Shown piece by piece: positions 50,089 through 63,921 of a stretch of 64,000 nt of DNA. Numbering within the stretch: the first letter of the stretch is position 1; each line of letters starts with the position of its first letter. Below the pieces are notes generated by a model that had not been told where the DNA came from, ran no database searches, and worked only from the letters and a program-made list of their open reading frames with translations. This DNA is from Chlorokybus atmophyticus (Eukaryota > Plantae > Mesostigma and Chlorokybus algae). The translations under genes and the position numbers were made by a program. Location: assembly GCA_009103225.1 (NCBI GenBank), contig RHPI01002204.1, positions 359,810-423,809 on the forward strand, read 5' to 3'.

Positions 50089-52136
50089 GCCAGCAATCGT
50101 GCGTTCCGCCAACTTCCCTGCCAAATCACGCGAACTCACAACTTATAGGATCAGGGTTTGGCGGCGGTATGTGCACGGTTCCTCATCCTTTCAATCGGCA
50201 ATAACTTTCAATAGGATTGTCCTGAAATCAAGAACTAATTTTACGGCGTACTACGCAATTTGCCGCAACTCCATGTAAGCAACACTATAGCCAATTCGGC
50301 TTGGTTTAAGAAATATATCGCGGCCAAAAAGGGTCGATTTTCGGTACTTACGTAAGTACAAGTACTTTTTTTGATACAGTTCCTTTCCTAGTGATCAAGA
50401 GGTGCGTAACGCTATATTTATAACATCATTAACAACATCATTTATATTGTGCTGCAACCATGCCATGCCATGCATGCAACACATATCATATGATAGAGTA
50501 AAATATGCAACAATTTATCATGTGACATGTCTTATGCATATACAAGCATGGCCTAATTGCGGTGAAGGTATGCAATTAATGCATGCATATAAAGTCGCTA
50601 AATGAGCTGTAACTGTTATGTGGAATTGCATGCAATGACGCCCATATGAAATTGTCAAGAAGTCACATTGGCTGCGAAACATAAAAAACTCGTGCAGTTT
50701 ATCAACAGCTAAACGAAAATCGCCTGACATAATCAGGGTGCCAATGCATCTTGTATGTAGATGTTGGATATGAATTGCTAGCTAGCGCGGCAGTATGGCT
50801 GTTATTAAGGGCCATCACGCTAAGCCATGTGAGCAAAACGCGTTAGAATGTTGCGGTTGGATAATAATTATATAATTAAGCCCCATATCGAGGGTTATCG
50901 TAACATGGGCAGCAGCGAAAAAGATAAAGGCGCTGTGGCGGCACAATCGCGTCAATATTGTTGTTTGTGCGTTGTCGTGAACTGGCTCAAAGCTGCCGCT
51001 GCTGCACAACTCACCTTCTTATATCATATGTTGTAGGTGGGGGCTATGTCAATTGCAAGCTACCGCTGTTGATCGCATTGCTTCACATGCAAACGATAGC
51101 ACATACAGATTAACAAGAGATTCATATTCTTGTTGTTGTTGTTGTTCATCCATAAACATTTCAGCAATGACGACCATCTACAGCTGATAATGAATTGATT
51201 GCATGGCATGCAAGACTCCATACATGTACAATGGCTCTATTGCACACTGTTGCCATTGATGGCATCAATGGGAATAATGCAGTTGCTGTCAGTAATTATT
51301 CAACATGCGCTTGAGCATGCATGATTGTGCGCGTGCACCACCATGTTTACATAGACAGACTTCACATTTATATGTTGCGCAAATGCCCACAAAATCTATA
51401 CGCGCGCGCATGACGGAGCGCGTATGCGTGTGCTCGCGCGAGCGTATTGCATGTTGTATGATAAAAAAATGAGCTTTAACATGTCTTTGGATCCATGCTG
51501 ACACACGACTTTCACTTGATACGTGTTTAGAGGGTGAGTGTATTCGAACTTTAATGAACGAAAGCGTTGAATGTTTGGGCTGACACAGCCTTTGTCACAG
51601 GGTGGCTACGGCAGGTGCCCATATGTGTGATACAATTGGTATCTCAAGTTCAGAGTCTGAAGCAGTTCGTTGACGTATCTGGGCGGGTCCATTGTACCGT
51701 CGTTAGTTGCCCTCGGCGTAACTGTGCTGGCTGGACACGCGTCTCGTTCTGACTGCGTGACAACGCAGTCCAGCCAATGGCGGAGACGGACGGCAGTGAC
51801 TGCATTTGTCAGCCGTCGATATTGCATGGACGCTGCAAAACCGTAAGATGAGGTCGTTACGTGGGTGGCTCGGCGTAATTGACAACCGAGAGGGTACCTA
51901 CAGTATCGCAACAGCGACGCGCATTGCAGTGCTGGGTTGATCGCTGCAGGCGGGCAGCGAAGGCTGCATGTGTGAGCGACTGCCAGCTGGCAAGTAATGG
52001 CCGTGACTGCGGCGGCGGCATTGCTGAGCGTGTCGCTGTTATGGTCCAACTCCAGTCGAGTTTAGCCCAGATCCCTAGATAGCAGGGTTTGGTGCGAGAT
52101 TAAGACTGTAGACTGTAGCTTGTTGCAGCAGCTGCG

Positions 52137-55100
52137 ATGGAGCGGAGGAGGAGATTGGCGAGAGCATTGACAGCAGCTCGCTGCTCGCCGCTACTGCTGC
52201 TCCTGGTCTTGGCTGGGATAGTGTGCTGCGCACATGGGGCTGTGCTTGGGATTGATCTGGGCAGCGAGTTCATCAAGGTGTCCATTGTGAAGCCTGGGAG
52301 AGCGCCGGTCGGCATTGTCACCAACGAGATGAGCAAGCGGAAGACCCCCAACCTGGTTGGTTTCTACAATGGGGAGCGTTTGTTAGGGGACGAGGTGGCG
52401 GCGCTGGTGCCGCGCATTCCGACTAGGGTTTACAGCCACACGCGTGAGCTTCTCGGTAGGCGCTCAAGCGCTGACAAAGCAGTGGCGCAGGGACGGTTGG
52501 AGAGCAGAGCCCTGCCATACGAGTAAGCAGTGACTGAGGTGGCTTTTCTCAGCATGGTACTACTCACAACATGCAGACAACACAGGAGATGTGCTGTCAC
52601 GTAACCGCATGTTGCAAATCATGTGCGCTTGCACAGCATGCTTGCATGTCGTATGAATGCACTGTGTACTGCTGCATACATTATTGCATGTTGCGTGGGC
52701 CGTCTAGTGACGCAGGCAAGCTTGTGGTTGCGCACCTTATGCACGCATGCCTGCATATTTGTCGCCGATATTGCATGCCAAGTGTACAGGGTGATGACCA
52801 CTGTGCGTGGCTATAGTGACTGTATAGGTGTACAAGTGTGAGTGCGATGAAGTTTTTGGTTACAAATATGTCCAGTACAGCTGACATATACCAGTGTTGT
52901 ACATGGGGCTTTCCGCGTTAGAGGTCTTGTATATGAAGCGTCATCGGCCTCATGTGCACATTGCTAGCGGGCGTAACATGACATGTCACTAGGTCAGAAC
53001 CTTCGATGGGTTAGCAAGCCCTGAATCGCATTGTTGAGCGCAGGTTAAAAGTTGGTGAAGATGGCGAGCTTGCCAGATGGCCCGCAACTGATGTTGAGTA
53101 CACTGCGGAGGAGCTTACAGCCATGGTACTCAGATATGTGCTTGACTTAGGAGAGGCCTTTTCGCACCTGAGCCCTATCAAGGATGCGGTTGTGACAGTG
53201 CCCCCGTACTTCAGTCTTCAACAGCGACAGGCATTACTGGATGCGGCACAGGTGTGCAAGACAAGTGTGTGTTGTTAGATCATTGAGCCAACATCGCTAG
53301 GAACAAGTGTTTGCCACATTGCACCTAGTTGTTGGTCAACGTGGTCACACCCTTGTGTGATAGCGCCAGTAGCAATGCAGCTGCAGTGTTGCAAGTGCTG
53401 ACGCTGCTGCTGGTCCTCCAGATTGCAGGGGTTAATGTCATGGCATTGATTGGGGAGCACGCTGCCGCTGCGCTGCAGTATGGAATCGATCGGGACTTCA
53501 GCAACTCCACTCAGCATGTTGTGTTCTATGATATGGGTGCTTCCTCTACATATGCAGCACTGGTTAGGTGGGGTTAGGCAGGGTTAGGATACTGTCGACT
53601 AGTGTGATGCACACGCTGTATGGCAACTGCTAAAGCTGGTATTGGTTACCCACAGGTTCTCAGCGTATACCGTCAAGGAGTATGGCAAGAACAAGACCTA
53701 CAACCAGTTTGAAGTGCTGGGCGTGCGCTGGGATGCTGATCTTGGGGGTTCCACGTTGGACATGCAACTGCTAAAGCATTTTGCTGAGGAATTCAAGGCC
53801 AAAACTGGACTTGATGCACGCCAGTCGCCTAAGGTAAGCTTCATGGTACACGTCCTTGCACACTTGGTCCGGCAGCTAATAGTGTTTGTTGACAATACTA
53901 GATTGGCTGGTCAGCAGCATGCAGTTTACAGTTCAAGTGTCGCAACTCTAGCATAAAGTCAAGCTCGCTTCATCAGCCCCAAGCTGCTTGCTCCGGCTTC
54001 TCAAGCTAGCATCGACTTGATCACTGGTGCTTCTTGTGGCTGATGGTGTATAGAAGAAATTTTGATCAATGTTTTCAACTGCCAGGCCGTGGCCAAGCTC
54101 AAGAAGGAGGTGAAGCGCACAAAGGAGGTACTGAGTGCCAACACAGAAGCTCCATTCAACGTGGAGTCCCTGTACGAAGATCGTGACTTCAGGTCCTCTT
54201 TGACACGTGACAAGTTCGAGGAGTTATGCAGCGATGTCTGGCCACGGCTGGCACTCCCTGTCCTTCAGCTACTGCAGGACGCACAGCTCACGATTGACCA
54301 GGTTGACGCTGTGGAAGTCATTGGAGGGAGCACGCGCGTTCCCAAAGTAAGTGAAGCTTTGCGTGTGGTCGACGAGTGGAGCATTCTCATGCTTTGTCAA
54401 GTGAGTACCCTGCATCTGCTAGTAATGGTTGCTGATGATGGATGTCAGGTACAAGCGGCACTGTCTGAAGCTCTTGGCGGCCGAACTCTTGATAGGCATA
54501 TGGATGCGGATGAAGCAATTGCACTCGGTGCTGGCTTGCATGCCGCCAACCTGAGCACCATCTTCCGCATGCGGCAGTTCGGCATGGTGGATATCATGCC
54601 CTATGGCATCTCAGTGCAGGTGGGACATTGTTTGAAGTATTTGCGACGTGTGTAGTGGAATCCTCAATTCTTGTGGCTCTGCTCTGTACTCTGCAGGTGT
54701 CCGGTAGTGCCAATCCAGAAGATGCAGCACCCCTTGACAGCAGCGCAGGTACTAGTTGAGTGCCCTTCACGTAAAGGCACTGCCCACTTGCTAGTTTTCT
54801 CTGCCCTGTGCCAGGACACCTCTTGTATGGCAGCATATGATGCAACTGTTGTGCTGTAGCAACAGTATTTATTGCCTGCCCCATGTAGATGGTCGTCTGT
54901 GTACGTGCAAACTATGCACCAGAAGCATGACAATGGGTGCAACATGAGTTGGTTATCAACACTGTTGTTGTCTCTTGATGCACAGGAGTAGACGAGGACA
55001 AGACAGACAGCGATGGTACAGAGGGCACAGATGAGGAGGGCGCAGCGTTAGCTGGTGTCAAGCTTGTACCGCGCGGCAAGAAGATCCCTGCAAAGGTACA

Positions 55101-56673
55101 ACATTGATGTTAGTATGATGTCGGGTATGGATAGCAGTAGTTACTTATTTTGTTTGCAGCGCGCGGTGGCCATGAATGGTCGCACGTCAGATTTCAGCCT
55201 GGCGCTTGCATATGATGAGGAAAACTCAAGCTTGCCGCCCGGCACGACAAGCGCAGACATAGCGTCATTCGAAATCGCAGGTGCAGTAACTGTGTTGTCA
55301 TTTGCTTTGAGTAAAACGTGTGGTGCGAGAGAGAGACCAAGCCTCTCGTCAACACACTTGTGCCATCCGTTGATCTTTTTATGTCACTGGCAGGCGTGTC
55401 CAACATCAGCTCTAAGCACAACTCGACAGGAAAAGTTACCGTGCATTTCGCGCTCAGCAGGAGTGGTATCCTCAGCTTGGACAAGGCTGAGTTGAGCGTC
55501 AGACTACCGGAAGTAGAGGAAAAGCCTGTGAAGCCTGCAGAGACTATATCTGCCAGTGCAGATGTCAATGCTACCCTGGACAGCAACACAACTGCAAATG
55601 CCTCATCAGTTGATGGCAACGCATCTGCAGTCAACACCACCCGCTCCGCCCTCAATGAAACACAAGCAGATGGTGCATCAAAGCCGGTCCTGAAGCGAAA
55701 GGCGCGCATGGCACGTCTGCCCTTGGAAGTGCGCAGTTTGTCCGTGTTGGGCATGACAGAGGCTGAAAAAGACAGCAGTGCCAGCAAGCTGGCCGAGCTG
55801 CGGCGAAAGGATGACGAAAAACGAGCGACTGCTGAGGCAAAGAACAGCCTCGAGTCATACATTCTGAAGACCAGGGATCAGCTGTCCTCCAACGAAGAGT
55901 TTGCCAAGGTAACCACTGCAGAAGAAAGGGAGGCCTTTCTGGAGCAGCTGAATGAAGCGGAAGATTGGCTGTACATGGATGGTGCTGATGGAGCAGCTGC
56001 AGACTTCCGACTTCGGCTAAAGGAGCTCCACAAAGCTGGTGACCCCATCGCGCTACGTGCGTCCGAGCTCTCTGCAAGGCCAATGGCTTTGGAAAAAGCG
56101 TTACAGTTTATCACTCAGACCCGTGCTACTGTGGCTTCCTGGAACAGCAGCAAGCCTTGGTTGAACGAGACTGACAAAGACGCGCTGTTGGCGCGAGTGT
56201 TAAAGTTGGAGCTGTGGCTGAACGATGCGGAAGCGCAGCAAAGAGACAAAGACTTGCACGCAGAGCCCGCATTCCTATCCAGCAGTGTCGACCAGGAACG
56301 TGCCGTAGTTGAGAAGGCGGTCTCGGTGCTGCAGAATAAGCCAAAACCCAAGCCACCAAAGGTGCCGAAGATGACAGTTAATGTCACCGGGAACGCGTCC
56401 GACGGCAACGACACCAGCAACGGCAGTGAGACTGGAGAGCAGCCAACGGTTGATAGTGCTGAAATCCCAGTTGATGTAGCGAATGAAGAAGCTGAAGCAG
56501 GCTGTGAAGCCGAGAGTGAGCCTGCAGACGTTGAAACTGAAGCTGGCAGTGGCGCTGCAGATGCATCAGCAGCAGAAGTGCCTGAGGGTGCAGATGATAC
56601 AGATGCAGAAGAGAGCAGTAGTGCCACGCTGCAGGAGGCAGCGGACGAAGACTTGCGTGATGAGCTTCGATAA
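52137..56673 (+). CDS. HYOU1: ER-luminal Hsp70-family nucleotide exchange factor HYOU1/Grp170
   Basis: Signal peptide, then AVLGIDLGSEFIKV, NEMSKRKTP, FYDMGASST, IGGSTRVPK, MDADEAIALGA, KNSLESYI, EDWLYMDG; C-terminus RDELR*. Confidence 0.93.
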
Positions 56674-57357
56674 GCTGTTGGTTTGCTGCATTTTATAAAC
56701 TGAACGTTGTAATGTGTCTTCAGAGAGTTGACGATTGCTACAGTGTTGTGCTTTATACCAATGTGCCAATCACTTGGGCAGCAAGGTTTGAAACGCATGG
56801 AGTGGCATGCATAAGCAAGCCTATGATTTAGTAGAGGCATATATTGTACAACTGGGGTATGCTGCTGTGTCAGCATGCCTGGTGTGCAACGAGCAATCAA
56901 CATGCATCGTGTCAAACACAGCATACCCCTTTTCATATTTTGTACAGTCTCTCGCACTTTCTGTACACAAACAATACTCACATGCACCACCGGGCTGGCC
57001 ACCTACCACCTACCCGAGGCTAACTACCTTAACTACTAGCCCAAGTCGCGAGCCAAAACAAACATCATGAAAAAGACGCAGAGTCGTACAATTCATGATC
57101 GTACAATACAATCAACAACATACTATATAGCGATATCACATGTTATGATGTTGCAGAAATCTTCCACTCAGTCTACACAACAAACATTACAACATCCTAA
57201 TATACAACCTATCGTACAAATTAATATCGCTCTTGAAGGATGCGGAGTTGGACTGTCATAATTGCTGTAATCACTCCAGCGTCCTCTACACACCTGGCGG
57301 CAGATACTTCACTTGTAACATCCCGCGCGTCACCCCACGCGGGTCGCCAAAACACCT

Positions 57358-57358
57358 G

Positions 57359-57389
<31 letters not shown>

Positions 57390-57390
57390 G
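57358..57390. repeat. (GA)n microsatellite
   Basis: Visible GA tract. Confidence 0.9.
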
Positions 57391-57920
57391 CGAGGGGGAG
57401 GGAGGCTCTGTTGGCTGTAAGCATGAATTGAAACTAACCTGCCGTCAATGATAAACTCGTCACGTGGTCACTCTATACAATGCAGATACTCTATAAATAT
57501 AAACATACACGCAAGCTTACACATGTCCTGCGCATCACATAGTATACCTTGACGACTGATTGTAAGCACAATCTCCTGCCAACAAAGTGACTATCCATGC
57601 AACAAGAGCCAGACGTTGTCATTCTATGTCCAAGTTGCGGCATGTCTCACCCTATGTATCAACATGTGTCACTGCAGAGATGCGAACATCTTTGCAATGG
57701 AGCAGACACACTGCCACTCATGCGGACGAGAGGCCACTTGTTAGTTGAGGGATGTTTGTGATTTACAAGATGATGGGTGGATTTACATTTATGCAAAAGC
57801 AGGCCCCATGGCAGTGTCTTTACCTTTCCTCTACTCGTCTACCTAGCAACCAAACGCGCTGAGGCGCACACACATACAATTACAGAAATGACCACTCGAA
57901 CACTATACAAAACCGCAACA

Positions 57921-59790
57921 CTACTGTTGGGCGATGCGGCAGTGAAGTGGCTTCTTTGGCTTGGGCAGGGATGTCACTTCCCTAATGAGCCACTTGCTCT
58001 GCACAGGTCCGGTAGCGAAGATGGCAGAGGCTGAGTCGTATATCACAAACACGCGCTTGCGTGGTCCCACCAGGACCAGCGCAGAGGCGTCCGCGAAGGG
58101 CTTCTCCACGTCGTCGGTGCGTTCCCGTGCAATGATGCGAGCGGTTCTCCACTTGTCATTCGAGCGCAGGATGACCACCTCCGTTTGCGCCAGCGTGGCC
58201 ACAAGAGACCCGTCGGGCCGGAAAGCGATCCCATCGATACCCAACAGCACCAGAGGGGACCCGTCGCGCAGCGTCACCTCGTGCACGGCCCTGGTGGTAG
58301 CGTTTGCGCATGGATTGGCAAGGTCCACCTGGTGGAAGCACATACAGACGACATGATTCTGGCGTCCAGAGGCAAACCAAAGGCGCGTACATACACCCGC
58401 AGCATGCACACACATGGAGACTCATATGCATGCGCGGGCCCCCATATGCTCGCAGCATGCGTCCACACGAGCGAACACATATGGACGCACAGACACATAC
58501 CGTTACGCGTACGCATGCGCACAAGCACACTCACTGTCGCAGCACACACTCACTCGGACAGACAATGTGCGCGCGCAGGAACAACTACACCACAGATACA
58601 CATCCACATACCTCACGTGTACACATCTGCACACGCAGTGCGCATGCGCATGCTCGCGCGCACGCACGCTGTACATCATGTCAAACTTACAACGTATAGT
58701 GTCATACACGCCAACAGTGCACAGACACACGCAGACGCCTCTGTATTCGCGCAGATATGCACACAGCTTGCACGCATGCACGCACTGACCCACACGCACA
58801 CCTACATCATCACCAACAAGTACCTTGAACAATTTTCCCGGTGAGTATGATCCGACGAGTAGGTAGTCTCCGCATGGATGGATGTCGATGCCGTTGGCGA
58901 AGAAAGGCAGCGTGGCCTGCAACAGGAGCTTCCCGCTGCGCAGCTCGGGACTGGTTGCCAGCTGGCTGATGCGCCCGCGGTGGTCTGCCTTCCAAACATC
59001 CCCTATGACCGTGTCCGTCACGTACAGGTTGCCCGCGGCGTCCTGCACCACATCGTTGAGGAAGCCCACGGGGGGGGAGCCGATGCGCGCACGGGTGGAT
59101 TGGCTGAAGTCTGTTGTGAAGAGGCGTCGACCGTCATCAAGAGAGTACGCCGCCACCGTGTCGTACGGGAAGGTGGAGTTGAACGAGTGCACGCACGCAT
59201 ACACACAACGGTTCTTCAAATCGTACTGAGATGCATAGGATGAAACAGTCAGCTTGTGTGACCGACAACGGCAATTGCACTGAGACAGTGAGGTGACATG
59301 ACACTGTCATGTACCTGCAGGCCGGCAGTGACCACGCCAGGGTAGGGCAGCCTCGTGTTGGCGTACTCAGGGTCTGCCACCAGCTCCTGAAAAGAAGACG
59401 AAAAGGTGCACGTAGCGTGGATGAGTGATTCTCTCCTCCCCAGCACCCTGCATGTGCTTGGAAGGGTGCGTGTACGCGTGCATGCGCACGTGTTTGTCAA
59501 GACTGACTGCATGCGAACTGCCTTGGTGTGTGCAACAGAATGCGTCTTACCTTGGCCGTACCATTGGGGTAGACGGCGACGAGGTTGGCGTGGACGAGCG
59601 AGCCTGTGATGAAGCGACAGTGGATGGGGTCCCACACGAAGGACTCCGGATACAGCGAGTCATAGTTGAAGTACACCCGGCTCGGTACCTTGCACCTCTT
59701 CTTGCTGCTCCCACTCAGCGCTTCTGCTTCTGCGCCCAAACACGCCAGCAGCAACACCGCCAGCAACACCAGCGACAGGCGGGGCGACAT
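57921..59790 (-). CDS. Secreted SMP-30/gluconolactonase-like six-bladed beta-propeller protein
   Basis: Signal peptide MSPRLSLVLLAVLLL; LYPESFVWD, FLNDVVQDAAGNLYVTDT, FANGIDIHP, GIDGIAFRPDGSL; GT-AG introns. Confidence 0.8.
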
Positions 59791-61175
59791 TCTGATCTGA
59801 TCAGTCAATTGATGCCCACTGCTCGCTGCTGCTCACTCACCCACCCGCACGACGTGTACTTTGATAGAACGCCCTGTGCACACGAGGGTCGCTAGCTCTA
59901 ACAGTTTCTTGTTGCCAGCAAAGACCCGCTGCTGCTGCATTGCAAACATGCTGTTTGATACTCAAGACAGGATGCATGGCCGCATCCTGTCTTGAGTATC
60001 AAGCAGCATAGTCTATAATGCTGTAACATGCGACGTGGCAATGGCCATGCGCCTTGCGAGGGACTCAACTTGTACCACCATCACAGGTACCTGTGATGGG
60101 ACACCTGGCGGATGATGGGATTGAACGCTTCCCCCTCGTCCTGTGTACGCCCCCCTCCCGCTCCCCGTCCATGCATGGGCATACGCAGCAGGCTGGGTGG
60201 TTGGCTCCTTGGGGGGTTGCGGGGCTGACATTGATCAGCTCGAGGCCTGGTGACTACTACTACTTCCGAGTAGAGCATCGCGTAAAGTAAGAGAATCAAT
60301 CAATCAATCAATCAATCAAGCGAGCAAGAAGGCTGCGTCGTCTCGGCCGCCCACATGCGCGCATGCACGGGGGGGGAACATGCCGGTTGAAGGGGCGGAT
60401 ATCACGATGGCCGGGTATCCCTGACAGTCTGGTTATCGGCAAACGGTCCAAGAAGCCCCCTTCAATGTCGGCTTTTCAGTCCGTTGAGATCCTTGTACAC
60501 ACAGATCCTCGGACTTTTCCAATCTCGTCAAGGCGACGTTGCTTGTTTGTTTACAAGCCTTGATGGGGACGACTACTCTCCCGGCTAAAAACGGAAGGCA
60601 GGCTCCCCCCAGAGCTAGCTCGAAACGGTAAGCTTACATCAGTAGGAAGCGGTCTGACTGGAAGATGATGATGGCACACTTCCATGATGGAAGTTCCATC
60701 ACACGGGAACGTCCACTCAACCCTACTGGCTCTGGCGGTTGGTGCACTACATGATCAAAAAACCTTGTACAGCGTCAACGGCTCATGAAAGTCGCAGCAG
60801 CTTGCATCAAGGTTAGTGCGTTGTCATGCAGTCCTCATGAAGCAGCCAAAAGCTCATGTCTTGCTACTTACAGACGTTGATTTACGTTTGACATCTCATG
60901 AGAGGTGATGCTCGCGGCAAGCTCCCTTTTTAAACTGTCGGTGGCTGCGGCGGTCGCGTTGTCTTGTCGTTAGTCGGTCGCGTTGTTATTAGCCGTCTGA
61001 CCGGGTGTCTAGTGCGCCAGTCATTGTCAGACGATTTCTTGTTTGGTGCAATTCCCTCAATTGAGGTTACTTGATACCGTGATGATACTCATTGGCTGCG
61101 ATGCACTAACGCAGTTGCGGCGCCACGATAAACCGTCCAATGTATGGGGTGGCATGGGAAAGGATTTTCATTAAT

Positions 61176-63330
61176 TAGGGTAAGGTTCCCTAATGTGGGA
61201 ACGGCCCCTTATGTAGGGATTGACCGTTTTTGGCCTGTAACTTCTGGCCTGTCAGGCCTTTGGCGGGGCGTGATACATCTCCATGCAAAATATCTATTGA
61301 CCCTATACCCGACCCAAACAGTTGAGTAGAGCGGGATATTTGAATTTTCAAGTTTCATTTCATTATTTTCCTCTTTCAAACGGGGTTGACCTACCCTCAA
61401 CTTTGGCAGGCTGTAACTTTGCGGTATCAATGTCAAATGGAATGATATATTTTCTGTTGGCTTTCGATGGGTTAGGAGTTATTATTATTATTATTATATA
61501 TGTAGTAAATAAGCTCTCCTTTACTAAGGTTCCTAACAATCTACGTGGAACACAAGTTGTAATGCTGACATTTTGGGGGTGTTGCGCAACCCCCAAAAAG
61601 TGAAGTTGTGATTGTGGCTATTGTAGCAGTTATAACTTGGTGTGGCGCGTTGCTATGTTGTTTAGTAATTGTATTGCAATTTGGATTGCGTCTAGCACTT
61701 TGAGAGCTGTGTTGTTGTGATTGTGTAGCACATGGTTGAGGTAGGGTGCGGGTGGGGGGGAGGCTTTGCATGTCATTGAGGGCATGCAAGTGCGGAGCAG
61801 TCAAAGATACGTGGAGACAACCAGTGACATTAGCAAGGTTCAAGTTTTGCAACTAGCTACCTCTACACACAACTTCCCTATGGTCCATGGCAACTCTGCA
61901 AGGGTGGGTGTGTTGCATGCTTGAGCAACTTTGTCATCAACGTGGCACTTGGCCACTCACACCACCCTCGCATAATGTTGCTGATCTGCAATTGCTTTCA
62001 AGGCAAACGTGTGAAGGCCAAGACACCATTGGCCTTGAAGAGAAAGAGGTGCCACAACAACTACAGCGACATGCTGGAGGACATCCGGCGTGCTATAGTC
62101 AGCATCAACCATGGATGTATGTACGTTGCTGATGCTGTGAGGGAACTTGGCGTCCCGGACACCACCATGCGTAGATTCCTCGCACAGCCAAACACCCTCC
62201 CCGAGTACAAGTGAGTTGGGAACATCATGTTGCGCTGCAAACACTGGTTTCTAGTTATTGACTGTGTGTACACACTTGATAGGGGGGCAGGTGCACCTGC
62301 GGTTTTCACCAAAGAGGAGGAGGCTGACCTGGCTGAGTTTGTGAAAATGAGACACATGTGGGGTCGTGCAATGACATGGACCGAGATCATAATTAAGCAG
62401 GCAAGAGGCTGGCTGGTGGCTCAAAAGCCCAGTTGTTCAAGGCTGGCATACCTGGCAAGGGGTGGTGGCAGTGCTTCAAGAGGCGAAAGAACCTTGTGAG
62501 CAGAAAGGCTGAGCCATTGGACAAGTCCAGAAGGGTGTCTTTGAGCAAACCAATTGTATACCATTACTTCCAGCTTCTGGCGGAGACAGTGCACAGACTG
62601 GGTGGGCCCAGAGCGCATCATCTCCGCCGTCGAAGGTGGCATCGAACCAAACACAAGCGTACAACCAGGTTATTCGCAAGAGGTAATTTGTTAGTGCTAT
62701 TAACACACACACACTCAAATGCAAACTCTGACTAACTCATATTATGCAGTGGTGCAAAGTGGGCGCAATCAGCTACAACTGCCAGCAGAGAACACATAAC
62801 CTTGATGCGTGCAGTGACTTGAGCCGGGCTTGCTGTGCCACCTCTGGTCATTATGAAGGGGCAGAGATTGTGTGGAGCTAACAAGGACTTCACCGTGCCA
62901 GGAGCTCGCTTTGCTGCCCAAGAAAACGCATGGATGACTTCAGACATCTTTGTGTTGTGGATTGGGGAGTTGGTGAAATGTTCCTGGGGGAGTTAGTCCT
63001 TCCAAACCTGCACTATTAATGGTGGACGGACATGTGAGCAGAAACAATGCTCGCATGATTCGCTATGCCCAAGACAGAGGGCTACACATCCTGATCCTGC
63101 CGCCACACACAACCTGTTGTCTGCAAGTGCTAGTTGTCTCCTGTTTTCACCCTTTAAGGAGGCTTACAAAAAGCGGCAGGAGACTAGATACAACTTCGAG
63201 CTCAGCCGCAAGGAGTTCATGTCTCTCTTCGTCAACCCCTAATATGTAGGCCTATCCCCTACAAACATCAGTGTTTCGGGCATGTGGGCTATGGCCTCTC
63301 AATGCGAGCACTTCGCCACCCTGGTAAGGT
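61176..63330 (+). mobile_element. pogo/Fot1-like (DDE_1, CENP-B-type) transposon remnant
   Basis: HTH-like VADAVRELGVPDTTMRR, FTKEEEADLAEFV, GKGWWQCFKRR, PPLVIMKG, NAWMTSDIF, LLMVDGHVSR, LPPHTTCCLQ. Stops and frameshifts. Putative 5' end TAGGGTAAGGTTCCCTAATGTGGGAAC is uncertain. Confidence 0.85.
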
Positions 63331-63921
63331 TAATCAGGTAGTTAAATACTTGTTCTTGTAAACCAAGTTGTAAACTACTTGTGAGGGTGAGAAGGTGGTT
63401 GTGCACTGTGCAGTCATAGCGTACTGTGTTTCATTTCATTGCCATCCTCGCCCATCCCCTTTCGTTTTTAAGCGTGACGGCTTGGACATGACAGAAAGCA
63501 GCAGTGCAATCATGTTACTTACACAATCCTTCAACAAACACACGCGCACACAACCAACATAAAGAATGTATCTCATACACATATTACTTGCATGCAAGCC
63601 AACCCACCAGCCTGACCATCCACGTGTGCGCACACAGGTATGGTCAGGCGACCAGCCGCCGACCAGGTGGGGCTCCTATACTCGAATGGCGATACGCGCT
63701 TGAGCTACGACGGCTGCGTAATGTTAGGGACCCGTGTATGGACCCGTATCACTACTATCATCACTATCATGGCAACCAGGTGCACCACCATAGGTGCATG
63801 CACGTTGCAATGACGCAGATCGCCGCCGCGGTAATGGCTATGTGCCAATACATTGGCTATGTGTAATGGCTATGTGCTATGTGCCGATACATTTTGCATC
63901 ATGATATGCATCATATTAGTG

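Noticed and set aside
48340-50400. Short palindromes (ATACCTTATAAGGTAT, TACTTACGTAAGTA) as TIRs of a large element
   Set aside because: No matching terminal pair or TSD could be established.
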